A stretch of 64,000 bases of DNA from Paraphysomonas bandaiensis (GCA_965644295.1 CBFFRP010000128.1:62001-126000), one strand, 5' to 3'; numbered from the stretch's first letter, positions 23,589-36,583 are shown. The notes: a model not told the origin generated them from the letters alone. Numbers and translations: made by a program.

Positions 23589-25310
23589 ATGAGTGATTCT
23601 AAGATCCTCCAATGGCTGGGATGGAGTTCATATGATAAATTCAATGAGAATGGAACAAACGGTCTGTCAAATGAATCAGTAACTAGTGTATGCATGTCTA
23701 TTAAAGAAATACGATCTAAACTCTTTACTTTTATTGATAGAAATTTCTTTTTAGTGTTTGTTATTGTTGCTATCATGATAGCAGCTGCATATCCTTATAT
23801 GGGCAGAGAGGGGGGACCAATCAGACCAGAGTATACTGTATCATATGGTGCGACGATGCTTGTGTTTGTTATATCTGGATTAACGCTAAAGACGGCCCAA
23901 CTCAAGAATGCGTTTCTGGATATACCTTTCAATGTGTTTGTGCAAACGTATAGTCTTGTGTGCATACCATTAGCCGTATGGATACTGACTCTGTTACTTC
24001 GGGATACGACAATACACCCTGCGTTGCTTGATGGACTTAGAATATGTGGAGCACTGCCTACGACTGTTAGTATGTGTGTTGTGCTCACTAGCTCAGCTGG
24101 AGGGGATGATTGTGCTGCTCTATTTAACGCAACATTTGGGAATTTTCTCGGAATATTTATAACACCTCTCTGGCTTGTTACACTTGTGCGCATTCACGCA
24201 TCTGTGTCATTTACTTCTGTGTTTCTTAAGCTTTTAATAAAAGTGATAATACCTGTCACGTGTGGACAGGTTGCTCTGCAACTAATGTCCAATGATATGC
24301 GCGCAAGAGTTGCGGTATGGAGCTTCTTATGCTTTTTGATGAAGTGTCAACTTCAATCACGTAGGCTCATGGTAAACACCTCAAAAGAACTCAGGACTGT
24401 CTTTTAGTAGCAATTGCATTTACGGTATGTGTATGTACAACTGATATAAACCAATCTTACTCTTAAATGAAAAATAGACGTTTTCGACTGCTTTTTCAGC
24501 TGGGTTTTCCGTGACTTGGGGAGACTTATTTTCAGTAACCGGAATTGTGCTTGCCTTACAGGTATCTTACTACAAGATTACCAATAATACCTGTAACCAT
24601 ATTGTATCAGGTTTTGTTTAGTGGAATAGTATGGAGAGCAATGTCAGTCCCATGCCTGAAATTATCGCCTCGTCGTCGTGTTGCCGGTATGTTTTGTAAT
24701 TTTGTGTAAAAATATTTGATATAGCTTAACCATGGGTGATATGTACATTGAAAGAGATGTAAATTATGTTGGATGATAACTCGAATTGTATGGCTATCTG
24801 CGTGCCTACTTTTATTAAATGACAGTGAGAAAGAACCCATATGGGGTTTCCGGCTACCCATCTGATCATGTTTTTTGTTAGGGCTGTTTGCGTCCACCCA
24901 GAAAACAATAGCTCTGGGAATTCCTCTAATAACGGCTGTGTTTGAAGGATCGGATAACCTTTCGTATTACACAATTCCCATTCTCATATATCACCCTATG
25001 CAGGTAAAGTATTCATTTTAGAATTATACTTCTAACTGTACAACGATGTATGCGTCACGTGATATTTTTAATGGCTGGTTCTTCTGTATTATTGACCTTA
25101 TTATTCCAGTTGGTGCTTGGTTCATTACTTATTCCACACCTCAGTGATTATATCAAGGTATGTTCGTAAGTTCTAACCTTTCATGAAATGTGATACAGTT
25201 TTTTATAGAGATGCGATAGCGAAGTTGTAGAGCAATCTTTGCCCGAAGAATCAGGCATTGATGAAGGGCTAGAAGTCCTCCCTGTATCTGAATCCGCTGA
25301 CTCTTATTAA
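23589..25310 (+). CDS. SLC10A7-like sodium/bile acid symporter family protein, multi-exon
   Basis: FVISGLTLKT, LPTTVSMCVVLT, ALFNATFGNFLGIFITP, STQKTIALGIP; multiple TM helices. Confidence 0.88.
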
Positions 25311-25868
25311 TAATCAATGCAATATAAATTTGACTCCGCTTCATCTTAAATATTTTAGACATAAACCTTGTGTACACTGTGTATTTGGCACCGTTACAGT
25401 GTTACAATTATATATACTATATACTATATACGTGACATAGGTTTTGACGTTTTGACATAACGACGTTACAAATAACACAAGTATCAATGCCTATCGCAAT
25501 AAGTGAAGTAAATTTTAAATACATATAAAAAAATATAGTGTGTATGTTTTGAAAACGTAGAAATTTTATTGTGTGAGTGATGTCATACTGATAGCATGAG
25601 AGTTTTATAATATAAAGTTATATATTCCATCATGGGTCGAAGGAGGTTGAATATTTTGAAGCGAGGGTGTTAAAAGTTCGAGTGTTAAAATACTCCTTAT
25701 CATTACGATCGAAATAAAAACTACAACATTACGATATCATATACAAATTTCGATATTGTGCTGTCAAACATTTCAACATGCCACACTCTATACAACGGTT
25801 TATCATTTGTCTACCAAAGTAGATAATATAAGAACAACTACCATAAAGTGCGGCATATAGACAGTGAA

Positions 25869-26929
25869 TTATGCATTTCTGCGTAAGGGAAATGCCGCTT
25901 CCCCTCCTGCCAGCCAAGCAGCGCAATCAGGATCAAGCTTAGCAGCCACAACCTCGTCATATTTACGCAGCTGTTCTGGGGTAAGCACTCCCTTCCATCG
26001 ACCGTTCGTTCCTTTGTTAATAAACGTCTTTCCACCACCCTCGAATATTGCCCCTCCCACAGGAATAAGAGCGCTTGTGTCAGCGTTCTTTTTCATGGTC
26101 GAAAACCGGAAACTCTCTATCATGTCATCGAAACCATCCTCATGAATAGGAATATCCAGAAACGCGGCAATATCCCTGACAGTTCCTGGAAGGTCATCAA
26201 GAAGATCTTGAAAGTGCACAAAGAAAATATTGGGAAGGTGGCGATATTCCCACCACGACCGAACATTATCAAACAATGACCAAAAGGGGTATCCATCGGT
26301 CTCTCCCTCGATGCCTTGACCTCGGCTGATCCATTCATCAAATAAGGACTCTTCAGTCCATCCCGCTTCAGACCACCGCGGTAACTTCTCTCCAACAAGG
26401 CCTAAAGACCCATCACACTATGATTATACTAGTGAACATGCAAACCATAAATCTACCTGGAGTTTCGTTAAGGAGTTGATACCACAGATCATTTCCAGAT
26501 CGATAGTGGTTACAGAGGCTCATATAACAATCACGACCATCACGACCAATGTAAATATACTTTGCTTTCTCGTTAAACACAAGAGCATCCAGTCTAAGAT
26601 GAGTTTTGATCTGTCGTCTCTCTGTAATCGCTTCTAATACAGGCAATTGAACATGTATAGGAGGTACACGTAGATCAAGCCATGGGAATAATTCAGCACA
26701 ATTCTCTAATAATACACAGTTATATACACCATAAGATCATATTCTTATTACCTGGTATTTGTTTCTGTTGATATACTAGTCCCATTACGATGTTTTGCAT
26801 CCATGTGGTTCCACTCTTGTAAGCTGTCGCTATGATGATATCATCATCACGTACAGGAAAATTATTCCATTTAGTTGAATCAAAATGATGATTATGAAGT
26901 TCTCTTGTTTTTATAGGATGATCTGACAT
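25869..26929 (-). CDS. PAPS-dependent sulfotransferase, bacterial type, with introns
   Basis: DDIIIATAYKSGTTW (5'-PSB), YIGRDGRDCYMS (3'-PB), FINKGTNGRW. Confidence 0.92.
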
Positions 26930-27022
26930 GGTATGGATATGTAGATGTGATGTAGCTGGTTAATATATGAGTGGATCCATATGACTGTGACTGTGACTAT
27001 ACATACCTTCACTGTTACATCC

Positions 27023-27166
27023 GTATCGGCATCCTTTGTATATTTTTGTTCAAAGATGCCTCTAAGTTTGAGACAACAATTATCTGTATTCAAGACGTAG
27101 TTGTATTTCCGTAATATAGAGGATATTTGCTTCAATTTATTTCCGAAAAATAAGATGCTGACTGTC
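27023..27166. repeat. Dispersed repeat of about 140 bp, copy 1
   Basis: Aligns colinearly with 44679-44823 (ggcatccttt...gttcaaagatgcctctaa...atttgcttcaattta...taagatgctgactg). Confidence 0.85.
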
Positions 27167-27527
27167 ATCACGTCAGCAGCATGTGGATACCCATATATAC
27201 CCATATATACCCATACACCAGTATATAAGTACGGTGAAGATATCTTTTTGTTGAAATCATCGTATAGTTATGAATGTACTCCAGTATACTGTACTCCTGT
27301 ACATGTCTCACAGTACACATCTCAGATATAGATACTACAGCAGTGATCTGGACTATAGATATATACGCACATACATACATATATAATCACCATCAGGTAG
27401 CTTATTAACACACCCATTGAATGCTACTGTAAGTAATTCATGGCCGATAGAACAATCCAGTCTCGTATTTAGATAAGTGTTATTGTTAACTTACTGCGTA
27501 TACATACACATACATACATACCACTGC

Positions 27528-29244
27528 ATGGATTCAGAGGAGGTGTATATGAGTAGTAACGGAGATCAAGAGTCTACTCTCTACTATACTCAGATTGCTA
27601 TGGTTGAGTTTATTGGTACTTTCTTTCTTTCTCAACTAGTTGCATCCAAGTATGTGTTTGCTATAGACGGCAGTCAGCCGATAGCTCTTGGGTTAGGCTA
27701 TGTGGGGATATTATATGCAACATTTCCTATCAGTGGAGGTCAACTTAATCCTGCAGTAACTTGTGGTCTACTATATAGAAGGAAATTGAGTTTACGAGAA
27801 GGATTATGTTGTATTGTTGCTCAATTGCTTGGCGGGATATTTGCTGGGCTTGTTTCATATGCTATATTCAATAGTAACTGGGATAATGTTGGTCTGTATT
27901 TTTGCTTTTTTCGTTGTTGTACTCACACCTGCGCAGGGTATCCTGAGATCTCCGAGGGATTTCATGCATCAAATGCATTTGTCGCTGAAATACTCGAGTC
28001 ATTTTTGCTAGTGACAGTCTACATGAACGCCACGACAACTAAAGCACAGGAAGGTAAAAGTTTTTATGGAGTTGCAGTAGGATTTGTTGTACTATCCACT
28101 GCCCTCTTGGAGGCCACTCAACGTAGTACATGTAATAACTCTGCTGTGGCTATGCTTGCCCTTCTCCAGGGATCGTACAAGGACCTATGGGTCTATTTCT
28201 GCGCCCCACTTATTGGTTCGTTATTCGCTTGTTTAGCATTTCCTATACTTAACCCAGCCGAGGATCAGCACGATATCAGTACCGCTGCAAAGCGACTTGC
28301 CAGTCTACTTACAGAGTTCATTGGGACATTTTATTTGTCGTACACCGTTGGGATGAGTGTAAATGCGGCTTCTTTCAGCAACGGATTCTGTGCGATAGGG
28401 ATGATGGTCGCCTCATTGATTTACATGGGTATGGTACATCTTCAACAAATTTGTTACTTTTATGTGAAGTGTCGGCGAATTCATGCTGATTATTTTACTG
28501 GTCTTGTATATGACTTAAATATACCTTTGTAAAAACTTTTGTCATTGGAAGTCGAAATGTTCTTGCAACTGCAATAACGATTTTTTAGGGGCAGCCATCA
28601 GTGGAGCTCAATATAACCCTGCAGTTTCACTTGCCATTTTTATTCGACGACGTTGGTCATCATCATCAAGGGCACCTACTATGAAAGTAGTAGACCTTGT
28701 AATGTATAGCATTGTACAAGTGCTTGCGTCATTTGCAGGAGCTCTTGTTGCGGGGTATGTTAATCAGGATGTAGGAGGCATTACTACTTTTAAGGTCAAC
28801 ACAGATCACTATACTCTTTTTGCAGGAGTTGTTGTTGAAGCGTTGTATTCGTTTCTTCTCTGCTTCACCGTACTCATGAGCGGAACCCTTAGATATGTTC
28901 AAGGGAACAGTTACTACGGCATGGCGTGTGGATTTGTTGTTACAGCCGGAATCGCTGCCGTTTCTAATATATCTGGTGTGTGCTCTTCACATAACATAAT
29001 TTGGTTGATCATACATGCACTGCAATACGCTAGCTCTTTTTTTACTGATTTTTTAGGTGGTGTTTTTAATCCTGCACTTGGTGTTTCGCTTCCGATCATT
29101 GCAATGAAACATGTAAAGGACATATGGGTGTATGTCGTTGGCCCATATTTTGGTGCTGTAGTGGCGGCTCTTGTTGTCAATTTTGTTAGTTTTGTGGAAG
29201 ATGGGGCGGAAAAGACAGACCTGTCGCACTTGACGGCTTTCTAA
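27528..29244 (+). CDS. Tandem double-domain aquaporin (two MIP units in one polypeptide)
   Basis: Unit 1: EFIGTF, GGQLNPAV, loop E NNSAV. Unit 2: EFIGTF, SGAQYNPAV, GGVFNPAL. The intron at 28429-28588 splices in frame. Confidence 0.85.
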
Positions 29245-29749
29245 GTTGTCTTCCTATGCTACCAGTTGCCCGTGGTTTCACATGAGTATCTGAATATAAT
29301 TTCGTTGAAATTACAGTGATTATACATGTATTGTTTCCGTAGCACTGATCTTCATGTGACAATGATTGTATATAATAGATAACATATTTCCATATATGTA
29401 TCAAAAAGATCTTCTGTATATGCAACCTCTTGAAAATATGACATATATAGTCATGTGCCCTTGTGGAGTATAAGGTGATTTCGCTAGACTGTCACTAGCA
29501 AGAAAGTCTTACGTCGAATGTACGATAATTAGTCATATAAAATTGATAGTAGAAATAACTGTATAATTATAGAATTGCAACAAAAAACGTCACATTTTAC
29601 GACCTGCCAACCGTTATATACTTTGTATCCTGCTTTAAACACACGACATTGCAAACATGTATTTAGTATTCATACTAATGATTTGAAAAAACAAACACAT
29701 AAAAAGGTCAAAGTACGACAGGTCCATATGTTCTTTATCAAGCATATAT

Positions 29750-30839
29750 TCATATTTGGGATATGCTAGATGGCTCTACTGTTTTGATACCCTCCGCAAT
29801 TTCTTTATTTACGTTTCTAAGTTTCTTCTTATGTCGCCGTTTCTGTTTGACCATTTCAACATCTTTGTCTTTCATAGTATCATCAACAGGTTCCTCGTCG
29901 GTTTCCGAATCTGACTCCACACGATAACCAGTTGACTTTGCATTCTCAGGCATGTGGTACTTGTGCACATCTGCATTGCTACTGACGTCACCCTCATCTT
30001 CCTCCACGAATACTAAGTAACACATAGCCGCCAGTACCGCCCCTACCCCCGGACCAACATAATATATCCAGCTCCAGGAATCCCATAAGTTATCTCCAGC
30101 AAAGCTATTCACAACCGCTGGTCCAAATGTGCGTGCAGGGTTGATTCCACATCCCGTGAACGGGATTAGTACTATATGTGCAATAAATATGGAGAACCCA
30201 ATACAGAGGGGTGCGAGATTGGGCTGGCCATCAGTAGGCCCCCCACCACGAACTGCAGTGAGAAGGATTACAAGGCATAGCAAAAATGTACCCATCATTT
30301 CGAATAGAAATCCGTTTCCAGAGGTTAAGTCGCTATTCAATGAATTAGCACCCAGAGCAAAAGGAGGAGAGCCGACATCATCCGACCCCATACCAGATGT
30401 GGCCCCCCAAGTGAGAGCTGAACCGAGTACAGCGCCTAATAATTGAGCTATTATATACGCCACAGCACGTGGAGGACTGATCTGCTGAATCAAACATAGA
30501 AATAGAGTTACAGCGGGATTAATGTGTCCTCCAGATAGATTTCCTGTGCTGTACACTAGTACCATAATAGTCATACCGAATGCCATAGCTATAGGCATCA
30601 ACCGCCCCACCTGTATATATATATGCCACTGAGATCAATAGATCCACATATGAATCACTTACAGTATTCTCTCTAGCTACTCCATCTTGTGTGAGGAACT
30701 CTCCTGTAGCTATCACACTCCCAGTGCCAAAGAATAGAAACAGAGTCATAGAGAGAAACTCTGCAAACATTGCTCGTAATAACTCACGTGACTTGTTACA
30801 GTCATTAGGGAAACCCATTGATACCCATGAGATAGCCAT
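29750..30839 (-). CDS. Aquaporin (MIP), PIP-like, charged C-terminal tail, 2 exons
   Basis: AEFLSMTLFLF, SGGHINPAVT, TGCGINPARTFG. Confidence 0.95.
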
Positions 30840-31117
30840 GTTTGTTGTTCAGTGGTATATGGATGTGGATATGCGTGTGTTTTATCACTGTGGAATTGTG
30901 TATAGTATCTATATAGATACAGTGCACAGTGCGTATGATATATATAGACACACAAGTACGTACGATGTGCATGCTGGTTGTGTATGGAGACGAGTGTATT
31001 ATGCCACATTAATACTAGTACCTAAAACCAAGAACATATGTTAGGGAAGAGACAGCGAATAGTGGGCCCGGAAAGTGATATTGACAACATTGATTGGGCA
31101 GTAGAATTCGAGGTTAG

Positions 31118-31409
31118 GTATGTATGTATGTATGTATGTATGTATGTATGTATGTATGTATGTATGTATGTATGTATGTATGTATGTATGTATGTATGTA
31201 TGTATGTATGTATGTATGTATGTATGTATGTATGTATGTATGTATGTATGTATGTATGTATGTATGTATGTATGTATGTATGTATGTATGTATGTATGTA
31301 TGTATGTATGTATGTGTGTATGTATGTATGTATGTATGTATGTATGTATGTATGTATGTATGTATGTATGTATGTATGTATGTATGTATGTATGTATGTA
31401 TGTATGTAT
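31118..31409. repeat. (TATG)n microsatellite, left part of the interrupted tract
   Basis: Abuts the 5' LTR. Confidence 0.99.
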
Positions 31410-31616
31410 TGTGGCATGAAACCCCTGCCTTTTGGGAAAACCTTGGGTTTTTAGATTTGCGATCACTCTCCTTCAGGGTTTGCCTTAGGCACGTCCCTTC
31501 AGGATCGTGATATAGTGATAGGCAGTTGCTTCATGCCAGTCTATACATACATGATTCTTATATACATAATAACCATATATTCCTAGTCTACATTCTCTTG
31601 GTGTCTGTCAGCTACA
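31410..31616 (+). repeat. 5' LTR
   Basis: Differs from 35283-35489 at 2 positions by my reading. Confidence 0.95.
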
Positions 31617-31677
31617 ATATCGATATTAGTTTAACTGATATCAAGGAGAGCAAGGAAATGAAAACGCGTTTTTGAAC

Positions 31678-32077
31678 AAGAGTGTGAGGGGGTTCCTGAG
31701 GAGCCGAGACCCTCCAGTGTGATGGAAGGGAAGGAGGCAGGGGCCTCCGACCGAGAACTTCCAAAGAGTGATTTAGATTATGAGGGTGAGGGGGCTCTTG
31801 AGGAGCCGATAACCTCCAGTTCAACGGAAGGGAAGGAGGCACGGGCCTCCGACCGAGAACTTCCAAAGAGTGATTTAGATTATGAGAGTGAGGGGGCTCT
31901 TGAGGAGCCGATAACCTCCAGTTCAACGGAAGGGAAGGAGGCAGGGGCCTCCGACCGAGAACTTCCAAAGAGTGATTTAGATTATGAGAGTGAGGGGGCT
32001 CTTGAGGAGCCGATAACCTCCAGTTCAACGGAAGGGAAGGAGGCAGGGGCCTCCGACCGAGAACTTCCGAAGAGTGG
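31678..32077 (+). repeat. 102-bp tandem repeat, about 4 units, open as a 34-aa acidic repeat
   Basis: EGKEAGASDRELPKSDLDYESEGALEEPITSSST units spaced 102 bp apart. Confidence 0.95.
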
Positions 32078-32159
32078 TTCGTATGGAAAATACTCCAAAG
32101 GTGAGTTCTGCGAATTATACTCGGCTGTCATGGGTTGAAATGAGCAGGGTGGGAAAAGG

Positions 32160-35043
32160 ATGTGCAAGGCTCTGCTTGATACTGGCGCGTCGGCGAACTT
32201 TATTAGTAAAGACGTTGTACAGTGGTTGATAGAGAGTGATTCTGTTCCAATACCTGTAATTAAGAATATTGCGGGTGGCTTGAAGTCTGCTTTTGCATTG
32301 TGTAGGAGGGGTGTACCCTTTGATGTAAAAATCCTTTCGGAGGCAAAGTAGCCTCCGGGGTTGCAAGCTAGGTTAACTGCTTGGGAATTAGATTTAAATT
32401 TTGATATTATATTAGGAATGCAGACTGTACGAGAACTAGATTTAGTTGTACATTGCCCTAATGCTTTATGAGCGCGGACAGCGCATGGCGGTTAGCCAAC
32501 GTAGTGGGAAACAGCGCATTCCTTCATGCGAGAGAGAGAGATGATCAGTCTGGGGGAGCCGTGCCTCTTGGCCTGGGCGTGCACGCGTCTTACCCTTGTG
32601 GGGGGGAACGAGCCAGCGTTCGTCTACCGCTACGCAAAAATTATGACCTTGGGGTGCAGAGAGAGTTAGCTCCACTCGAGGTAGGAATCATGAAGGTGGT
32701 GGCGAAGATTGGTCATACCCAGTGGAGGAGCAGTTGCTCTCTCTGGGGGTCGAGGACCCTACTAACTTCTCAATCAGGTCCGCAAGGGACCGAGAGAATA
32801 TGAAGGAGATTCGCGATGATCAATTGGAGTCTATTGATTCTGATTATTTAAGTGCGGAAAAGGATCCGCAAGTGCTTCCAGATAAGATATTTGGATCCCC
32901 GAGTTTACAGAGTCGTATCCAGGATGTCCTGGGGGAATACAAGGAGATATTCCGATTAGAGATTCGTAAAGGGGAACCAGCCAAGCTGGAGCCTTTTGAG
33001 TTAGAAGTCCGGAACCCGTCTGACACGTGGTTGATACCGGCACATAAATTGCCTCCCCGGAGGTTAGACAGGAGTCGCCAGCGCGAGCTCCAACATTTGG
33101 TGGATAAGCTAGAGAAGTTAGGAGCAATCCAACTTAGCACAGCCACTCATTACAGTCATCCCTTTGTGGTGCCGAAGCCAGATAATAAAGGGCGGTGGGT
33201 AATAGACTATAAAAACTTAAATCGGGTCACGACTTCAGAAAGCTGGCCAATTCCAAATATAAGAGATATGATCTATAGAATTGGTGCCAGGGGGTAAACG
33301 ATCCCGTGCTGGGTTGCCTTTATTACTCAAAACGGGGTGTACGAGTGGCTCCGGCTCCCCATGGGTTTAAAGTGCGCTCCATCTTATTTCCAGAGGCAAA
33401 TGCAAAATATAGTGCTTGCGGGCCTGGTATAAAATGAGTTTTCTTTGCATGCAATATTGGGAAATAATACAAAAAGTCTCAAGCGCATCGGAAAGTGCTC
33501 GACTGGTCAGAGGAGGCCACGGTAGCATTCGATGAGCTGAAGGAGCGAATTCATGAGTGTCCCTTATTATTTTTTATGGATGATGTTTTCCCCATCTATC
33601 TATATACTGATGCATCAATAATAGGGATTGGGGCTCATTTGGTGCAAATCGTGGAGGGTCACGACGCACAATAATTGATATGATTAGTAAGACGTTCGAG
33701 TCAACCTTGGCGAAATGGCATACCTGTGAGCAGGAAGGATTTGCCATTTTTGTATGCCTTGAATAAGTGGGAATACTTGTTGAGAGATCGACGTTTCATT
33801 GTTCGAACTGATCACGACAGCTTAAGCAAGAACACGGTATCTTAAGCGTGTGCAACGCTGGTTTATGTGTTTTCAGTCGTTTGATGTACTTAGCAGGAGA
33901 ACTTAAGGTGATTGCTGATGCTCTTAGTCGAATTTGTGGGGTGGACGCATCCGATGAGATCGGTGAAAATATCTGTTCTTCACTCGAGCAGTGCCTTGAG
34001 GTGGAGCAGGGAACAGAGTGTGAGCATATCCTTAGTCGCTGCTGGAAAGTTATTTAGACCTGTCACAATAGTGTAGTGGGTCACCATGGGGTAGAACGAA
34101 CCATGGGAAAGTTGCGAAGGAGCAACAACATTTGGAAGAACATGCGTCAGCATGTAATAACTTTTATTAAGAGATGTGTGTGTTGTCAGAAAATGTCAAC
34201 GTTGAAACCATCTGTGTGGGTTCGTCCATTTACACTGTCGAAATACTCGATGGGAGAATGTATTTATATGGATTATATTGAAGGCTTGATGCCGGATGAA
34301 TATGGGTTTACGAGTATATTAGTGCTGATGGATGCCTTCGCGAGGTGGGTTGAGTTATTCCCCACGAAAGGCATATCGGCGAAAGATACAGCCCGGGCTT
34401 TATTTTGGATAGAAAGAATTTATCATCTCGGGAGAGTCGAGATTTATCACAATGGGTGGCAGACAGACTTGTCGCTCAGGATAAGGTTAGGGCGTATGCA
34501 CGACAGAATTTGCGTATCCGAGACCAGCATCAAATTGAGTCTAGTATGCCGGAGGGTATATCCTCATATCCGGTAGGGGCTTTGGTGCTTGTGGAATATC
34601 GCCAGAACTCGTTGAGGAAGGGTCCTCCGAGCAAGTTATTACCATATTTAAAAGGCCCCATGAAGGTGGTGGCAATAGATGGTGGAATTTATACAGTGCA
34701 GAGTCTTTTGACCAAAGGCACAACGAAGCATCATATCTCGAAGTTACGCCCGTTCTGTTATGATCCGAGGGTTGAAGACCCGGTGCAGATTGCGTTACGG
34801 GATGACACAGAGGGCGCCGAGTTTGTGATGGAGAAAATAACGAACATGCGAGGGGATGTAAAAGGGTCACGATTTGACTTGTACTTTGAGGTGTTTTGGT
34901 CTAATTATAGTGTACCAACTTGGGAGTCTTGGAAGACAGTGCGGGGTTCAGAGGCACTGCTAAGATACCTGAGGTCCCACTCTAACTATCTTGTTCGGGC
35001 CCTATTACCCAAGAGAGGAAAGAAGCGCTCCAGGTCAAGTTGA
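32160..35043 (+). pseudogene. Degenerate pol: protease, partial RT, RNase H, partial integrase, chromodomain
   Basis: ALLDTGAS; RWVIDYKNLN; LPMGLKCAP; YTDAS; GHHG...CVCC; FEVFWSNYSVPTWES. Many stops and frameshifts; the RT YxDD motif was not found. Confidence 0.9.
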
Positions 35044-35282
35044 TTCGACGGAAGAAGAAGCCCAATCCGAGGAGGAGGGATCGTCGAGTTAGTTTAGGGA
35101 TTATGAGTTTTGACGGTTAAAATCCGCTCTGTCCTTGTAGTGGACACCTATGATAAGGTTCTCGTAAGTCAGAATAATCCTTGGAGTGATATGTAGGGTA
35201 GTAGTGGTGAGTTTTTTAGGAGTAGTAGTTTTCGTAGGCTAAATGCCAGGTTTTTTTCAAAAAAAAAGGAAGGAAGGGGTAG

Positions 35283-35489
35283 TGTGGCATGAAACCCCAG
35301 CCTTTTGGGAAAACCTTGGGTTTTTAGATTTGCGATCACTCTCCTTCAGGGTTTGCCTTGGGCACGTCCCTTCAGGATCGTGATATAGTGATAGGCAGTT
35401 GCTTCATGCCAGTCTATACATACATGATTCTTATATACATAATAACCATATATTCCTAGTCTACATTCTCTTGGTGTCTGTCAGCTACA
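35283..35489 (+). repeat. 3' LTR
   Basis: Preceded by the purine tract and followed by GTAT. Confidence 0.95.
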
Positions 35490-35738
35490 GTATGTATGTA
35501 TGTATGTATGTATGTATGTATGTATGTATGTATGTATGTATGTATGTATGTATGTATGTATGTATGTATGTATGTATGTATGTATGTATGTATGTATGTA
35601 TGTATGTATGTATGTATGTATGTATGTATGTATGTATGTATGTATGTATGTATGTATGTATGTATGTATGTATGTATGTATGTATGTATGTATGTATGTA
35701 TGTATGTATGTATGTATGTATGTATGTATGTATGTATG
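35490..35738. repeat. (TATG)n microsatellite, right part of the interrupted tract
   Basis: Abuts the 3' LTR. Confidence 0.99.
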
Positions 35739-36583
35739 CAGGTAGATAGGTGCATTATATATAGGTACGTTGTTCATGGTATGTGATGATATCTTCACTA
35801 CATTTTCCGTTAAGTAGTACACAGCCACATACAAGACGTCTCTCTATTTTACCATACTGTCTTAGGGAGGCATAGACACTGTGGTGATCCAATTAAATAA
35901 AACATCAGAATCATTTAATCCATCTCACAGCAGTATAAATATAGCTCTTCATCTTGATACGTCACGATATGAAGTTTCCCACTATCACTATCCCAGAGTA
36001 TCTTTATTGATGTTGATACCACTGCATTGATATGAATGCATGCATGCAACTACTATTATATCAATAAACAATAGTCATAATATAGTCATCACCACTCGTT
36101 ATGGAATAGTCTGGTATCTGGATATATTTCAGGAAGCACTGTGGAGCAACCACGCTCTTCTGGATTTATAGTCAACACATTACCATTACCCATAATCATA
36201 CCAAAACACTAACGCTTGACACTTTTGACCAGATGCGTATATATTTCAATTAATTTTATGTGAATAAGAATAATGAATTTCGATATTAGAAAAGTATTAC
36301 AAATGTATTGCTTAGTACTTGCCCTGGTATAGTGTAGGTGTGTAGGTCGTATCCGTAGATTACAAATAAAATGAATGTTTACTACAGTTAAAATTCTCAA
36401 AATAAAAACATACTAGCAGTCACAGAATGCTATTATTAATTAAGAAATATACTATTACTTGTACTATCCAGGTGTTCCCGAAAATATCAAATAACTCTTC
36501 GACATTAGAAACTAGCTCTGTCAGCACCATATTTAATACACATATGCAAAACAATCGTCCTATTACAAATGCCAAGCATCGCA

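Larger units (their letters stand above)
31410..35489 (+). mobile_element. Ty3/gypsy chromodomain LTR retrotransposon, internally deleted and defective
   Basis: 207-bp TG...CA LTRs, apparent 4-bp TSD GTAT, polypurine tract at about 35259-35282, domain order PR-RT-RH-IN-chromo. Confidence 0.95.

Noticed and set aside
24730-24870. Possible C/D RNA in the long SLC10A7 intron
   Set aside because: Poor C box, D box only about 15 nt from the acceptor, and no rRNA complement recognised
31678-32077. Regular repeats as a CRISPR array (also 46672-47038)
   Set aside because: Head-to-tail units without unique spacers, lengths are multiples of 3, eukaryotic context
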